Below are positions 63,700 through 64,000 of a DNA stretch of 64,000 bases, piece after piece. This DNA comes from Octopus sinensis (lineage: Eukaryota): positions 54,684,001 to 54,748,000 of the forward strand of contig NC_043012.1 of NCBI RefSeq assembly GCF_006345805.1, given 5' to 3'. Position 1 is the first letter of the stretch. Each line of letters begins with the position of its first letter. The notes beneath the pieces were generated by a model. It was not told the origin of the DNA. It ran no database searches and worked only from the letters and a program-made list of their open reading frames with translations. Made by a program: the position numbers and the translations under genes.

Positions 63700-64000
63700 T
63701 CTCTATATATATAAACGGCAAAATGTCTGTGTGCGTGTCCTTTATACAAATCCACAATTTTTCAGTTAGAGGGCTTGTACTTTCTATGGTCATTCACATC
63801 TTTACATTTCCCCAGTCACCTCGCAAAGCCATTAAAAAATCAATAGAAGTGACTTTTTTGTGAATTTTCTATCCAAAACCCAATCAAAATGCCCGAAACT
63901 TGATACGCCAATTGAATGCCAGCTAGCTGTATGTGATTGGTCGGAGATTTGGACAGTACTCGCATGTATGTGCGCATGCACTAGCACTATGACCCAGCGT
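63700..64000 (+). mobile_element. Possible 5' part of a non-autonomous Helitron
   Basis: a|TCTCTATATATATAAA.. start followed by tgtctgtgtg; 3' end not in the window. Confidence 0.4.

Overview
AT-rich, repeat-saturated eukaryotic DNA. The repeat repertoire (RTE LINEs with (ATG)n tails, several tRNA-derived SINE families, abundant TA microsatellites) suggests an octopus or other coleoid cephalopod; this is inference. One host gene spans almost the whole window on the + strand: the 3' part of a cytosolic carboxypeptidase (M14D, AGBL2/AGBL3 = CCP2/3-like tubulin deglutamylase). I reconstructed it by hand as 15 exons from 4634 to the stop at 62518; its 5' exons lie upstream. The gene has three oddities: a 1-nt frameshift in a T-run, a GC splice donor right after the catalytic Glu codon, and Gly->Ser/Glu->Lys changes that A-to-I editing could revert. 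The introns hold RTE LINEs with a PHD-type finger inside the RT, an R4/Dong fragment in a (TAA)n tract, a CR1/L2-group LINE whose 3' end matches a SINE tail, and nested Penelope-like elements. They also hold an ORF1-only L1/Tx1-like element inserted with a 13-bp TSD into a SINE tRNA head, mariner/Tc1/Gypsy remnants and MITEs. The most notable non-coding signal is a set of minimal hammerhead-ribozyme motifs, including a compensatory G3:C8 core variant downstream of the Penelope ORF and others within fold-back elements in TA repeats. All calls are by eye, without database searches.
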